From a virus (taxonomy: Duplodnaviria; Caudoviricetes), in IMG/VR virus record IMGVR_UViG_3300037478_000518, positions 1 to 58,033 of that record: a stretch of 58,033 nucleotides of DNA, one strand, 5' to 3'. Shown here piece by piece: positions 43,624 through 53,768 of this stretch (its first letter is position 1; the number at the start of each line of letters is the position of its first letter). The position numbers and the translations under genes are program-made. The notes under the pieces are model-generated. The model worked only from the letters and a program-made list of their open reading frames with translations, searched no databases and had not been told where the DNA came from.

Positions 43624-46600
43624 GGCTGCACACCCCGGCTTCGCCGATAGTCGGTCAGCGCCTCGCCGGCGGTGTGGTTCACGCGGCGACGGAACAGCCC
43701 GTCATAGATCCCGGCCGCGATCCCATCGCCCGCCTGGCGTGCTGTGGCGACGTCGCGCACAGCGGGTAGGTTCATGCCGGATACTTCCACGGTCAGCGAT
43801 GCAATCGTGATGGATGTCTGCGAGGTGCTCGTCGCCATCGACGCGCCCGTGACGGGAATGCTGCGGCCACCGAGCGCGGCAAGAATCAGCGGCTGGAAAC
43901 GGGCAATTATCGCAGTGTCGTACGCGATCGTGGTCAGAACACCGATCATGACCGCGGCCTGCACCGTCGTGATCTCGTTCCGTACGGTGAAGCCGGCCGG
44001 ACCTTCGCCACCCGCCAGCCCGTCGGCCATCGCGTCCGTTGAATCGTCGATGTTCCGAAGGATCTGCTTCAGTTCATCGCCGGTCAGTTCCCCGAGCAGG
44101 GACGGGTCGAGAGTTTCGTCCAGTATCCCCTTGGCGATCGCGCGTTGGGCATCCTCCAACGCACGGCGCCCCTGCGGTGTCGTCGGGTCAGCACCAGCGA
44201 AAAACTTCTGGAATAACTCGGGCGCCTGCTCGGAAATAATCGCGAGTTCCCGGCGCGCGCGTTCCTCTGGCGAGTCCTCGCGGTCGAAGATGGCCGCCTC
44301 GAAGTCGAGACGTTCACGGATGCCGTCGGCGGTGTCGGCAAAGGCCAGCAGGTTGTCCGTTGCGATCCCGACGGCTTTGGCCAAGGCTTCCAACCCCTCG
44401 GCGGTGATCATTCCCTTTTCGTCGAAAAGAGTAATGCCGAGTTCGTCGGCAAGACGTTTCATATCCTCGAAGCTCAGGCCCTGCTTCCTAAACTCCTCGA
44501 CCACAGCGCGACCGCCCGCGCGGAATATTCTGCGCCCCGGTCCGTGCTCCTGGGTTGACCGGAGATCATCCAAGGCACCTCGATCAATCGCGTTTTGAAT
44601 TGCTGTCTGTGCGGCTGCAAGGTTCCCACCGGTCAGGGGCGTATTCTTCAACTGATCGGTCAGGCGTTGCAGTGCGGCCACGTTCCGTTCAATTGCGAGA
44701 CGCAGTGCCTTTTCTTCGGGCGACTCGCCGAAGAATCGCTGAGCGAGCGCGCCCGCACCGGCTACGATCGCACCAACAGCTGAAAAATCGAACGTCTTGA
44801 AGTCGAAGCCGCCCTCCAGCGACTTGGCGATACTCGCCGCAGCGCCCACGATGTCGGTGATTGTGTCCAGGAACTGCGCGGCCTCGTCGTTCAGAATGCC
44901 GAAGTTCCGCGCCGTGTCGATGACCGACCGGCTGAGTTCCTGCATGCCCTCGATCTGACGGCGGAATTCCCGCATCTCACGATTGCGGCGGTCCTCGGGT
45001 GTGTCTGGCTTTTCCAGTTGCCTTGTTACCTCGTCGGCCAACTCCTGCCGGCCCTCACGCCGCAATCGTTCGATCTCTTCGACGAGCCCCAGGTTGAACA
45101 TGCGGGCGGCCAGCTCGCCCTGATGTTTCCATTCCTCCTCGTCGACGACACCCTGCGCCAGCAACAGATCGAGATCCGCCATCCGGCCTTCTAGCGCGGT
45201 CAGGAACGGCTGTACGATCGCATCGGCCTCGATCTCAGTAACGCGCTCTTCGATATCCCGGATGAGCCGATCGGCGAGTTCCCAGTTCTTCGTTGTGTCG
45301 TCGACGTTATCGCGAAGAATGCGGGCCTGCTCGGCAAGCTGGCGCATGTCGGCGACGACGTTCGGGGACGGGGCCAGTTTCGAGAAGTCGGCGAATGATT
45401 CCTGCAATTCGGCGAGTTCCCGCGATTCCAGGATCGTGCGGCGGATCCCGTTAACCATCTTTTCGAATTCGCCGCCGATCTTGCCACCCGCCTTGACGTA
45501 CGCATCGACCAGCTTCTGCAACTCGCGAAGTTGGAGCTGCGTTGCGTTCATGGTCGCGGCGGCAAGCTGGTCCTGGAGTTGCTCCTCGATCTTCAGGCGT
45601 TCCTTGGCCAACTTCTCGGCCTCTTCGCGGAGCTTTTTCGTCGTCGCGCCCTCGCCCCGCGTCTCGGGTATCTCGCCGCCCAATGCAAGCGCACTCATGC
45701 GCCGCGCGAGTTCGATGGACGCCTGCGCTTCGGCCCGCAGGTTCGCCGCTTCCTCCCGCGTGGCGGTCACGTGTTCCCGCAACTTCCCCGCGACACCATC
45801 GGCACCAATCGCGTCGAATAGGCCAGCGACCCCGCGAGCAAAAGCGGCGTTAGCTTCGAGCGCGACCGACATTGCGCCGGTATAGCCACTGACGAGAAAC
45901 CCGGAGACGGCCTCGATGCCCGTGAGCAATCGGACCAGGACTTCGAGCAGTGTCGAGACGGACCGGCCGAACCGTGCGGCCATACCGCGCGACGCCTCGA
46001 GGTCCTCGGTAAGGATGCGGGCGGCCTGTGACAGGATATCCATCGTGCGAGCGCCGCCCAGCGCTTCCAGCACGATGTTTCCTAGCGCGCGGCGGAACGC
46101 CTGCGATGCCTCTGTCGCACCAGCGGTCCGGTCCTGCAATTCACGGAGCGATCCGGCGGCCTTCTCGTAGTTCAGCGCAAGCTGGACTGATTCGCGGATC
46201 AGATTGGAAAAAGCGCGGATGCCGCGAAGTGCTAGGTAACCGCCAATAATCGCAAACAGCGCACGTCGCCAGCCTGTCAGCGCCAGAATATTCCGGCGTG
46301 CCCCGTCCTCTGTGCCCTTAAACCCTCTGATCGAATCGACGACCATCTTGCGGAACGCACCCGACAGCGTGGTAACATTGCCGGTCAGATTCTTGACGTC
46401 CTTTTCGGCGACATTCTTTAGCGAACCCGATAGCGCGATGAATTCCTTGTTCGTCAGGCGGCCGGTCTGGCCAAGGCGCTCGATGCCCTTCAGGATGGTC
46501 CGGTCGAACGCGTGCGCGGCCTCGATGCCGGCCTTCTCCCACTCATCGGGCTTGATCATTCCACGGGCTAACGATTCCGCGGCATCGCCGGACTGGAGAT

Positions 46601-46928
46601 TAAACGCCTCTTCCGCCTGCTTGATGATTCGCTTTGCGAAGTCGCTGCCCGCCTTGGTTGTGCGGCCCACATCCTCGATGGATTTCGACAACCCGAGCCC
46701 CATCAGCCTGCCCGGATCGTCTCCGGCACCGTCGCGCACACCCTTGGAGAATGCGGCTCCTGCCTGACGGCCAGAACTCTCCATTCCCTGCGTGGCCTTG
46801 GCGCTCTCCTTCTGCAATTCCTGCGCGGCCTGCTGGCCCGCCTTCTTGGCCTCTTCCTTGATCTTGTTCAGATCAGACACGGCGCGGCGTATGTCGAACG
46901 CGGCCGGGATGAACAGTCCGGGGGGCAT
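43620..46928 (-). CDS. Tape measure protein
   Basis: 1102 aa, Ala/Glu-rich helical protein; precedes Dit. Confidence 0.88.
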   Translation of the reverse strand: MPPGLFIPAAFDIRRAVSDLNKIKEEAKKAGQQAAQELQKESAKATQGMESSGRQAGAAFSKGVRDGAGDDPGRLMGLGLSKSIEDVGRTTKAGSDFAKRIIKQAEEAFNLQSGDAAESLARGMIKPDEWEKAGIEAAHAFDRTILKGIERLGQTGRLTNKEFIALSGSLKNVAEKDVKNLTGNVTTLSGAFRKMVVDSIRGFKGTEDGARRNILALTGWRRALFAIIGGYLALRGIRAFSNLIRESVQLALNYEKAAGSLRELQDRTAGATEASQAFRRALGNIVLEALGGARTMDILSQAARILTEDLEASRGMAARFGRSVSTLLEVLVRLLTGIEAVSGFLVSGYTGAMSVALEANAAFARGVAGLFDAIGADGVAGKLREHVTATREEAANLRAEAQASIELARRMSALALGGEIPETRGEGATTKKLREEAEKLAKERLKIEEQLQDQLAAATMNATQLQLRELQKLVDAYVKAGGKIGGEFEKMVNGIRRTILESRELAELQESFADFSKLAPSPNVVADMRQLAEQARILRDNVDDTTKNWELADRLIRDIEERVTEIEADAIVQPFLTALEGRMADLDLLLAQGVVDEEEWKHQGELAARMFNLGLVEEIERLRREGRQELADEVTRQLEKPDTPEDRRNREMREFRRQIEGMQELSRSVIDTARNFGILNDEAAQFLDTITDIVGAAASIAKSLEGGFDFKTFDFSAVGAIVAGAGALAQRFFGESPEEKALRLAIERNVAALQRLTDQLKNTPLTGGNLAAAQTAIQNAIDRGALDDLRSTQEHGPGRRIFRAGGRAVVEEFRKQGLSFEDMKRLADELGITLFDEKGMITAEGLEALAKAVGIATDNLLAFADTADGIRERLDFEAAIFDREDSPEERARRELAIISEQAPELFQKFFAGADPTTPQGRRALEDAQRAIAKGILDETLDPSLLGELTGDELKQILRNIDDSTDAMADGLAGGEGPAGFTVRNEITTVQAAVMIGVLTTIAYDTAIIARFQPLILAALGGRSIPVTGASMATSTSQTSITIASLTVEVSGMNLPAVRDVATARQAGDGIAAGIYDGLFRRRVNHTAGEALTDYRRSRGVQP

Positions 46929-46929
46929 G

Positions 46930-47196
46930 TCAGACGGTCAGGTCGATAGTGTTTTCGCCCGACCCACTAACGATTGTGGCGAAATGCTTGATATGGGCCG
47001 AAACCTGAGCGTCTTTTTCGAAGATCCGTGCAAGCACCGGCTGGTTCGTGACCGGGCACATCGTCCAATGCGTGAATCGCGCGTCGTTAAGTAGCGCGCG
47101 CATTGTCAGCCCACCGTGTCGAAAACCGCACCGGCTGCAATCGTCGACAACGACGCCTTCGACAACATCGTAATGCTTCATATTCATTGACATCAT
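46930..47196 (-). CDS. Hypothetical Cys protein inserted in the tail operon
   Basis: CSRCG..CPVT..P. Confidence 0.55.
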   Translation of the reverse strand: MMSMNMKHYDVVEGVVVDDCSRCGFRHGGLTMRALLNDARFTHWTMCPVTNQPVLARIFEKDAQVSAHIKHFATIVSGSGENTIDLTV

Positions 47197-47606
47197 CCCC
47201 CCGATCGGAATTGCTGGTTTACCTGTTCGACGCGGGATTGCAGACGCTCCCTAGCGCGATTGACCGCCGCGTGGATGACCGGCCGCGGAGCGATCTTTCC
47301 GCGCCCCTGATCGAGGACCAGCAGCAGCGGCCCACCCTCACGCGGCGCCTGCATATTTGTGTATGCGTGCGCGACGACGCGATCAGGCTCGACCTTGTAG
47401 GACGGTTCGCTCTTGATGGATTTTATGAGGGGGCCACTCGAGTGCGGTGGGTCTCCCGGCTTTGACCGCTTCTTGGTAAGCGGGATCGCGTCGCGCAGTT
47501 CGGCCGCAATCATCTCCGCGCCCAGAACGGACAGTGCACCGGCCTCGCGGATCAGCACGTCCATAGCGGCCGGGATGTCGAGTTCGAAGGTCACGCCCTC
47601 AACCAT
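47193..47606 (-). CDS. HK97 gp10-like tail completion protein
   Basis: SKPGDPP..SG.L..SI, LDQG..KIAPRP.I..A. Confidence 0.7.
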   Translation of the reverse strand: MVEGVTFELDIPAAMDVLIREAGALSVLGAEMIAAELRDAIPLTKKRSKPGDPPHSSGPLIKSIKSEPSYKVEPDRVVAHAYTNMQAPREGGPLLLVLDQGRGKIAPRPVIHAAVNRARERLQSRVEQVNQQFRSGG

Positions 47607-47859
47607 TGTCGGCCAACCATTCCCGCACCCAGCGAGCGGAGAAGGGGCCGCCAAAGCACCTGAACGTCGCGGCGCGAATGCGGCCGGGCAGGAAGCGCCA
47701 GGGCATGCGAGCGGACCACGCATCGTAGGCCGTCAGCATCGCGACGCGGACGGCGTTGGGGGAGAAGCCAGCGCGGCGGGCGCGCGCATCAGCCGCTTCA
47801 GCGAGCACTATCTGGCGCTGTGCGGCGAGCAGCTTGGACACCCTGCGGCGGCGTCTCAT
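47599..47859 (-). CDS. Hypothetical protein
   Basis: ATGA coupling. Confidence 0.45.
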   Translation of the reverse strand: MRRRRRVSKLLAAQRQIVLAEAADARARRAGFSPNAVRVAMLTAYDAWSARMPWRFLPGRIRAATFRCFGGPFSARWVREWLADNG

Positions 47860-48740
47860 GCGGCGAACGCGTCCTCGACCTCGTTCGAATCGCCGCCGGG
47901 GTGGCCCAACTCGAAGGCGTGCAGTTGCTGCGCGAGATCCTGGTCCTCGAAACTCATCGGCGGCACCCGGAACCGGGCTTCCCACATGCGCAGCAGAACG
48001 CCGAAACCGGGATCTTCGTCTTTCTTGTCGGGTCCACGCTGTTTCGTGGCGCGCTGAAAACGGGCCGGTCCGGTATCGATCAGGGCGGTGAGGATCCGCG
48101 CCTCATCTTCGGCCGTGACCTGGTCCCACCAATCGGGCGCCTCCTCGGGCAATGCCGCACGGCCCGACGGCGATAGCGCGTTCGCCAGACAGCCGCGTGT
48201 GTGCAGCTCCCATTCGCGCTCGATGTCATCGGCTAGTTGGTCAAGGGCGCGGCGAGCTTTCCAGCGGCGCGTCTCGGATTTTCTGAGTTCGATTTCCGTC
48301 AGGCGATCGGCAAGTAACGAGCGGGTTGCCTCATGTCGCGCCAGCCGGACCATCGCCGCGCGGGAACGCGACGTTATTTCGACGAGCTGGCCGGCAATGC
48401 GGACCTGGACCGGTGTGCGATACTGCAACTGCCACGAAGCGAGCTTCTGATCGTCGTCGACCTTCCGAAACCCACGCTCCCAGACGTGCCAGAGGCCCTT
48501 GAGATAATCCCAGCGGATCCATGCCTCCGTGGGATCGTCGATCGAGAGCCGAGCCAAGACCGCCTCATCTTCGGGCGCGAACTTCTCGTCCGGCTGGAAC
48601 TGGATGCGCAGCATATGCTCGCGCTTCGCGCACGCCTTTTTGACGTACTCGTAGGTGATGGGGTACGGCACGGGCTGCCGTGTCCGCACCCCACCGGCCT
48701 GACGAAACGCCTCACCGAACGGGACCTGCTGTTCTGACAT
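47856..48740 (-). CDS. Probable tail assembly chaperone
   Basis: Position between tail tube and TMP. Confidence 0.5.
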   Translation of the reverse strand: MSEQQVPFGEAFRQAGGVRTRQPVPYPITYEYVKKACAKREHMLRIQFQPDEKFAPEDEAVLARLSIDDPTEAWIRWDYLKGLWHVWERGFRKVDDDQKLASWQLQYRTPVQVRIAGQLVEITSRSRAAMVRLARHEATRSLLADRLTEIELRKSETRRWKARRALDQLADDIEREWELHTRGCLANALSPSGRAALPEEAPDWWDQVTAEDEARILTALIDTGPARFQRATKQRGPDKKDEDPGFGVLLRMWEARFRVPPMSFEDQDLAQQLHAFELGHPGGDSNEVEDAFAA

Positions 48741-48744
48741 TCGA

Positions 48745-49269
48745 TCAGGACGCGAAGATGTCCGTGATCTGGAACACGGGGTCGGCGGCCGGCTTGAGAA
48801 TCCGCCACGTCGCGACCGGAACCATCCACTCCGTCGACGCCATGTTGAGCGGGCCGACGTTGACCAGCTTCGTCCGGTAGGCGTCGATGCGGCGCGTGCT
48901 GCCGAGCGGGCCCGGTCCCTCGGCGTAAATGTGGCGCTCGGTTTCGCCGATTTCGTTCGCGTTGAATTCGAGGACTTCGTCCGTGCCAAGGCTCAAGTCC
49001 CCACTGAACGCGGTATCGACGATGCCGAACATGCGCTGAATGTTTCGCAGCGAGCCGTCGATCCCGCTGATCACGATGTCCATCCCAACCTGTGGGATGC
49101 CCGTGTCCTCGACCAGCTTGCTCTGCGCGGAGAGCAGGTCGACGGTCGTAACATTCATCTGGATCTGGAACCCGTTCTGCTGGGTCCGGCCGAGCGGCGT
49201 GTCGACGGCCGAGATCACCAGCCCCACGACGGCCAGCCCGCGCACGAATGCGTTGGATGTCACTGCCAT
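48745..49269 (-). CDS. Major tail (tube) protein
   Basis: LG.TQ.NG, SLRNI..MFG, beta-rich; GGGAG RBS. Confidence 0.7.
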   Translation of the reverse strand: MAVTSNAFVRGLAVVGLVISAVDTPLGRTQQNGFQIQMNVTTVDLLSAQSKLVEDTGIPQVGMDIVISGIDGSLRNIQRMFGIVDTAFSGDLSLGTDEVLEFNANEIGETERHIYAEGPGPLGSTRRIDAYRTKLVNVGPLNMASTEWMVPVATWRILKPAADPVFQITDIFAS

Positions 49270-49284
49270 TGTCTCTTCTCCCGT

Positions 49285-49626
49285 TCAGATGGTCGCGCGT
49301 TTCTGGGATCTCGCGTACCGCTTGCCGGCACGCTTGGCTACCTGGTACAGGTAGCGCTTGCTCGGCAGTCGCACGCCTGATGTGCGGCGGCCAGAGTCGA
49401 ACACCTCGAACACCTGCCAATCCTCGCCATCGTTTCGCACGAGGATCACAACCTGGATCTCGACGCGCTTGTCGCCCGAGCCTGTTGGGCCATTGCGCGC
49501 TACGTCTTCCGCCTGCCGGACGGCGTTCGTGAATGCGTCCTCGTCATACTCGATCTCGACGATGTTCTCTTTCGGCACGACAACCGGCGCCTTACGCTCG
49601 CGGATGATGCGGTCGAGAAAGCTCAT
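49285..49626 (-). CDS. Hypothetical protein
   Basis: ATGA coupling. Confidence 0.55.
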   Translation of the reverse strand: MSFLDRIIRERKAPVVVPKENIVEIEYDEDAFTNAVRQAEDVARNGPTGSGDKRVEIQVVILVRNDGEDWQVFEVFDSGRRTSGVRLPSKRYLYQVAKRAGKRYARSQKRATI

Positions 49627-50066
49627 GCTGGCGCAATCTCCCATAGGTGGCGGCGTCGGATGAAGAACTCCTCCTGCGGATCGCTGGAGTCGACCAGCCG
49701 ACTCGACACATGAATTCCGAGCGTCGCATCGAACCACGTCGCGGCACCGCCACGGCCGTCGGTCAACGCCGCCATCATCGCGTTCGAAGCGGCGTATAAC
49801 TGCGCCAACTGATTGCGCCAGACCCAAAGGTCCGACTGGATCAGCAACAGTTCCGGATTCTCCGTGAGCGGCTGCTGGTCCACGCGGAACCAGGTGACGC
49901 GCGGCAGATTGTCCTCTGCGGGCTTCGCCAGCAGTTCGTGCGGCCAGCCGCGATAGAGGCGTACTTCGTTATTCGCGTCGACCCCGATCGCGGCGGCGAA
50001 GGCGGGAGCGGCCTCGAGGCGCGCGGCCCATGCCTGATCGAGTTCCGTGAGCGATGGCGTGATCAT
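49623..50066 (-). CDS. Tail terminator-like protein
   Basis: LY.G.P..LP.VT..IQ.D.W; position. Confidence 0.6.
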   Translation of the reverse strand: MITPSLTELDQAWAARLEAAPAFAAAIGVDANNEVRLYRGWPHELLAKPAEDNLPRVTWFRVDQQPLTENPELLLIQSDLWVWRNQLAQLYAASNAMMAALTDGRGGAATWFDATLGIHVSSRLVDSSDPQEEFFIRRRHLWEIAPA

Positions 50067-50443
50067 GAGGACGGCGCGGTAAAGTTTTCGATCGTCTCCG
50101 ATACCTCGCCCTGCCAGCCGCCACGACGACCCCAGTCCTTGCAACGTTCGACAACAAATCGCCGGCCGATTTCGGTTGCATCATTGGCCGTCGTGATCTG
50201 TACGCCATTGCCCTGCACGAGACCGATGCCCGAATTGCCGAACGCCGGATAACGCCCTTCCGCCATCTCGCCGACAGGCTCCTGCGACAGCCGGCCGGGG
50301 CCGAGTTGCAGATGGAACGGCACATCCGTGTCGAGCAGCACCCAAAGGATTTGCTGCTGGCCGTATGCGTCCTTTGGCTGGTTCGTCTTCTCGTACGTGG
50401 ACACCTTTGTCCCGTGACGCTGGATGATGCGGCGCACGCTCAT
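50063..50443 (-). CDS. Head closure protein
   Basis: DAYGQ...W..L..DVP; position after the connector. Confidence 0.65.
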   Translation of the reverse strand: MSVRRIIQRHGTKVSTYEKTNQPKDAYGQQQILWVLLDTDVPFHLQLGPGRLSQEPVGEMAEGRYPAFGNSGIGLVQGNGVQITTANDATEIGRRFVVERCKDWGRRGGWQGEVSETIENFTAPSS

Positions 50444-51030
50444 GCGAACACCGGATCCCGCCAGCCCAGCAACCACGCGAGCTCGGATTCGCTCAGGTCG
50501 GCCTCGGTGAACCGCGTGTAGTCATACTGGCCCAACGTTTCGCTCTTGAATTCGCCGGACTCGATCGACTCGAAGCGACGACCGATCAGGTTAAAAACGT
50601 GGCCCTCGATATCGCCTGGCAGGCCATCGACATCCCAGCCCTCCATGTATTCCGTCACGTACTCGAAACCATTTCGCCAGACGTAGCCGCCGAACCGTTT
50701 GAGCCACGCGTTCCGGGCACTGCGCCGGAGCTCGTATCCGTCCGCAGCCGTATCGTCGAGCACGGTCACGAGCAGGCCGGGCGCCTTTTGCTCGGTCACG
50801 TCGACGACTTCCGCGCTGCCCGTCACGTAGGGCAGGGAATTCAGCGCGAGATCCGGTATGCCCTGGCCGATCAGGTACTCGATCTTTTCGCGCGGCAGAC
50901 CCCAATAGCGGTTGGTGATCGTGCCTATCAGGGCGACCGCGTTGTCGACCAGTTCTTGCAGGAGCACGTCCTGCGACAGATCGGAAAGCGAGATTCCGAG
51001 GCGCGTCTTCACACGGGGGAGCGAAATCAC
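50440..51030 (-). CDS. Head-tail connector (gp6-like)
   Basis: SL.RVK.RLGI..D.LLQ.L..A, Y.EGW..LP.DI, KSETLG.Y.Y. Confidence 0.8.
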   Translation of the reverse strand: MISLPRVKTRLGISLSDLSQDVLLQELVDNAVALIGTITNRYWGLPREKIEYLIGQGIPDLALNSLPYVTGSAEVVDVTEQKAPGLLVTVLDDTAADGYELRRSARNAWLKRFGGYVWRNGFEYVTEYMEGWDVDGLPGDIEGHVFNLIGRRFESIESGEFKSETLGQYDYTRFTEADLSESELAWLLGWRDPVFA

Positions 51031-52022
51031 TTCTTGGCCTCCCGGTCACGCCCATCGCGGCCGCGCTTGACGGCGAGACGCCACGCACCTGATCCGCTGT
51101 CTGGCTTGTCTCCGACGTCCGGGTCACGCTGCGCAATCCAGATCGAGCCGCCCCACGTGACCGAGTCAGCGCGCTCGTATTGCGTGGCATCCTTCCATAC
51201 GCCGCGGTCCAACAGGTTCGGGATCTTGAGCGTGTGGCCGCCGAGCTTGAGCGTGCGCTCGCCATCCCATTCGAGCGTGTTGAACCATTCCGTTGTCACG
51301 TTCGCGACGGCCGATTCCACGGCGGCCTTGATGTCCTTCGCGTCGATACCGTCCCGGCCGTCGCGCGCATCTTTGCCATCTTTCCCGTGCTGGCCGTCCT
51401 CACCATCGGCGCCGACAACACGCCCGACGCTCAATTCGCGACCGTCCGATAGCGTGAGGATCAGGGCGGCGTCCTTGATGCGCGCGCTCGATACTCCGAC
51501 GCCGTCTTTCCCATCGACGCCATCCTTGCCGTCCTTGCCATCGACAGCGTCTTTCCCGTCCTTGCCGTTGAGTCCATCCGCGCCGACAACGCGGCCGAGA
51601 TCGTGTGCGGTGCCGTCGGTCAATTCGATGGCAAGCTTGCTGTCCTTGAGGCGCACGTTTGCGATTCCAACGCCATCCTTTCCGTCCACACCATGCTTGC
51701 CGTCCACGCCTGCGGGACCGGGTATTGTTGAGCCCGCGCCCTTCTCGCCCTTCTCGCCGCGCTCACCCATTTCTCCGGGTGCGCCTTTCTCTCCATTCGC
51801 GCCGCGCTCGCCGGGATCACCCTTTTCGCCAGGGGGGCCATTCTCGCCTTGCGGACCAGCCGGACCGATTTCGCCCTTTTCGCCTTGCGTCCCCTGTTCA
51901 CCGATTTCGCCCTTTTCGCCCTTCAGCGTTGCGCGTAACTCGCGCGTGACTTCCGCCACCTGGAATGCGACGGTCGATTCGACCAGAGCCTTGATTGCGC
52001 TCGCAAACGCGTCCGGATTCAT
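51027..52022 (-). CDS. Collagen-like head-associated protein
   Basis: Gly-X-Y blocks (GEK/GKD); RGVW..Y...[20 protein letters not shown]-domain. Confidence 0.85.
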   Translation of the reverse strand: MNPDAFASAIKALVESTVAFQVAEVTRELRATLKGEKGEIGEQGTQGEKGEIGPAGPQGENGPPGEKGDPGERGANGEKGAPGEMGERGEKGEKGAGSTIPGPAGVDGKHGVDGKDGVGIANVRLKDSKLAIELTDGTAHDLGRVVGADGLNGKDGKDAVDGKDGKDGVDGKDGVGVSSARIKDAALILTLSDGRELSVGRVVGADGEDGQHGKDGKDARDGRDGIDAKDIKAAVESAVANVTTEWFNTLEWDGERTLKLGGHTLKIPNLLDRGVWKDATQYERADSVTWGGSIWIAQRDPDVGDKPDSGSGAWRLAVKRGRDGRDREAKK

Positions 52023-53458
52023 TGCGCCTCCAGCAGCTTCGTTCGGAGCGCCGTATCGAATGCGAGCAGGCGCATGTTTGTCGCGGTCACGAACGCCGCG
52101 CGCTCTTCGTCCGCGTTGTCGTCATCGTTCGGCTGGGCAGGCGGCGGGGCGGAACCGGTGGACGTCGACGCAAACGGATCTTCGCGCGCGTCCCTTCGGC
52201 TCAGTGCTTCGATGCCGTAGTTCTGATGCTGCATGTAGACGGTGCCCCCGCCGGGAAGCGGCGACTCGTTGACCTTCTTGCGCGCACCGTTCGGCGTGTA
52301 GAGTCCGCCCCTGATGCCCTCGACCAGCGTCTTGATCTGCGTCGCCGAGTCCATGCGAAGCAGGCCATCGAGATCCAGTTCCACACCGAGGCGGCGCCTC
52401 GGATTGCCCACGGAAGTGTCCAGACCCAAGCCCTCGTCCATGCACAACTCCCACTGCTCGATGTGCGATTGCAAGCAGTCGGAGTAGTAGATCTGGTTCG
52501 CGATTTCGGCGCTCTGGTTCGCTGGAAGTGGGCCGCTGCCGATCTTCCACGGGGGGACATGGAACGCCGAGCACACGGTTTCAGTGGTCCATTTCAGTTG
52601 TTCGATCAGTTGCGAATCCACCGCGGTCATGCGTAGCGGCTCGAATGACAGGCCATTTCCCAGCACTGCGACGCGACCGGACTTCTCGCCGCCGTACATC
52701 GCGTTCCATCGTTCGGCCAACTTCTTCGCCGTCGGGTCGTCGATGGTGCCGGGCGCGGTCAGGATGCCGCTCGGGTTGGATCCGTTCTTGAAGAAAAACG
52801 ACGAGTTGCGTTCGATATTGATGCCGATGTTTGCCGCCAGTCCACTCGCGAAAATAGGCGAAACGCCCACGAGCGGGTGAAATAGGCAATTGATGCGGTC
52901 ATGGATAATCTCAGACGCCGGAATGGGAACGGTATCCTGCTCGATCCCGGTGAGATTGTCTGCCTGCAAACTGTAGAACACCGACCCATCGGGTGAGACC
53001 ATGACCTGCACGCGGGACGGATCGAGGATGTAGAGAGCCCTGACGCCAGTCCGCCCGTCGCGCTCTTTCAGCACGTACGTGTTGCCGTGAATCAGCTTCG
53101 ACGCTTCCCACCACTCAATAAACTGGATGCGATTCTGGTAGCGGTTGGGCTTCCGGAGAACGGGCGAGAATGCCGAGACTTCCGTCTCGTTCCAGATCCC
53201 GTCCGAGTCCAGTTCCATCAGCCGCGGTTGCAGCTTCGCGACATCCGATGCGATCAGCGTGATGCACGCATAGACCGCGTGATGCGCGAGCACAGTGTCG
53301 GTTGTCCATTCGTCGTCACGCTGCCACGCGCCGGGGTACGCTTCGCGGATCCACGGCCACCATCCGCCGCGGTTGTCGCTGACGGTCTGGAGATGGCCCT
53401 TCGTCCGGGGCAGCGCGTTGAGCACGCTACGAGCGAGACGGACGAGCGCATTCGCCAT
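52019..53458 (-). CDS. Portal protein (HK97 family)
   Basis: [39 protein letters not shown]. Confidence 0.95.
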   Translation of the reverse strand: MANALVRLARSVLNALPRTKGHLQTVSDNRGGWWPWIREAYPGAWQRDDEWTTDTVLAHHAVYACITLIASDVAKLQPRLMELDSDGIWNETEVSAFSPVLRKPNRYQNRIQFIEWWEASKLIHGNTYVLKERDGRTGVRALYILDPSRVQVMVSPDGSVFYSLQADNLTGIEQDTVPIPASEIIHDRINCLFHPLVGVSPIFASGLAANIGINIERNSSFFFKNGSNPSGILTAPGTIDDPTAKKLAERWNAMYGGEKSGRVAVLGNGLSFEPLRMTAVDSQLIEQLKWTTETVCSAFHVPPWKIGSGPLPANQSAEIANQIYYSDCLQSHIEQWELCMDEGLGLDTSVGNPRRRLGVELDLDGLLRMDSATQIKTLVEGIRGGLYTPNGARKKVNESPLPGGGTVYMQHQNYGIEALSRRDAREDPFASTSTGSAPPPAQPNDDDNADEERAAFVTATNMRLLAFDTALRTKLLEAQ

Positions 53459-53715
53459 CAGCTTTCCGCGCTCATGTCACGACGGCGATACTGGCGTTTC
53501 GGCTTGCCGGTGCGTGGCGAGATCTCTGGCTCGGGCTCGACGCTCGCTGTTTCTACTGGCACTGCCGGTTCGACGATGGTGGGCGTGGCTGTCGCGTACT
53601 CCGCGCGCTTGATTGCGACTAGCGCCCGCGCGCTGTTCCGGCTGGCATAGAAAACACCGCCCACGGGAATCCCCTGGTACGGTTTCCGGATCACGGTCAG
53701 AGCAACCTTGCTCAT
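53458..53715 (-). CDS. Small head-region protein
   Basis: KRQYRRRDM.AE C-terminus; between MCP and portal. Confidence 0.7.
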   Translation of the reverse strand: MSKVALTVIRKPYQGIPVGGVFYASRNSARALVAIKRAEYATATPTIVEPAVPVETASVEPEPEISPRTGKPKRQYRRRDMSAES

Positions 53716-53725
53716 TGAACCTCGG

Positions 53726-53757
53726 TCGCGGGGCCAGCAGCATTGCCAGCCCCGCGA
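53726..53757 (-). terminator. Hairpin after capsid gene
   Basis: TCGCGGGGC...GCCCCGCGA. Confidence 0.4.
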
Positions 53758-53768
53758 TTACGGGTGAA

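Noticed and set aside
47599-48740. Programmed -1 frameshift in the tail chaperone
   Set aside because: No convincing XXXYYYZ slippery site was seen.
50599-52272. 557-aa Ser/Pro-repeat plus-strand ORF
   Set aside because: Reverse-strand reading of the collagen Gly-X-Y repeats.
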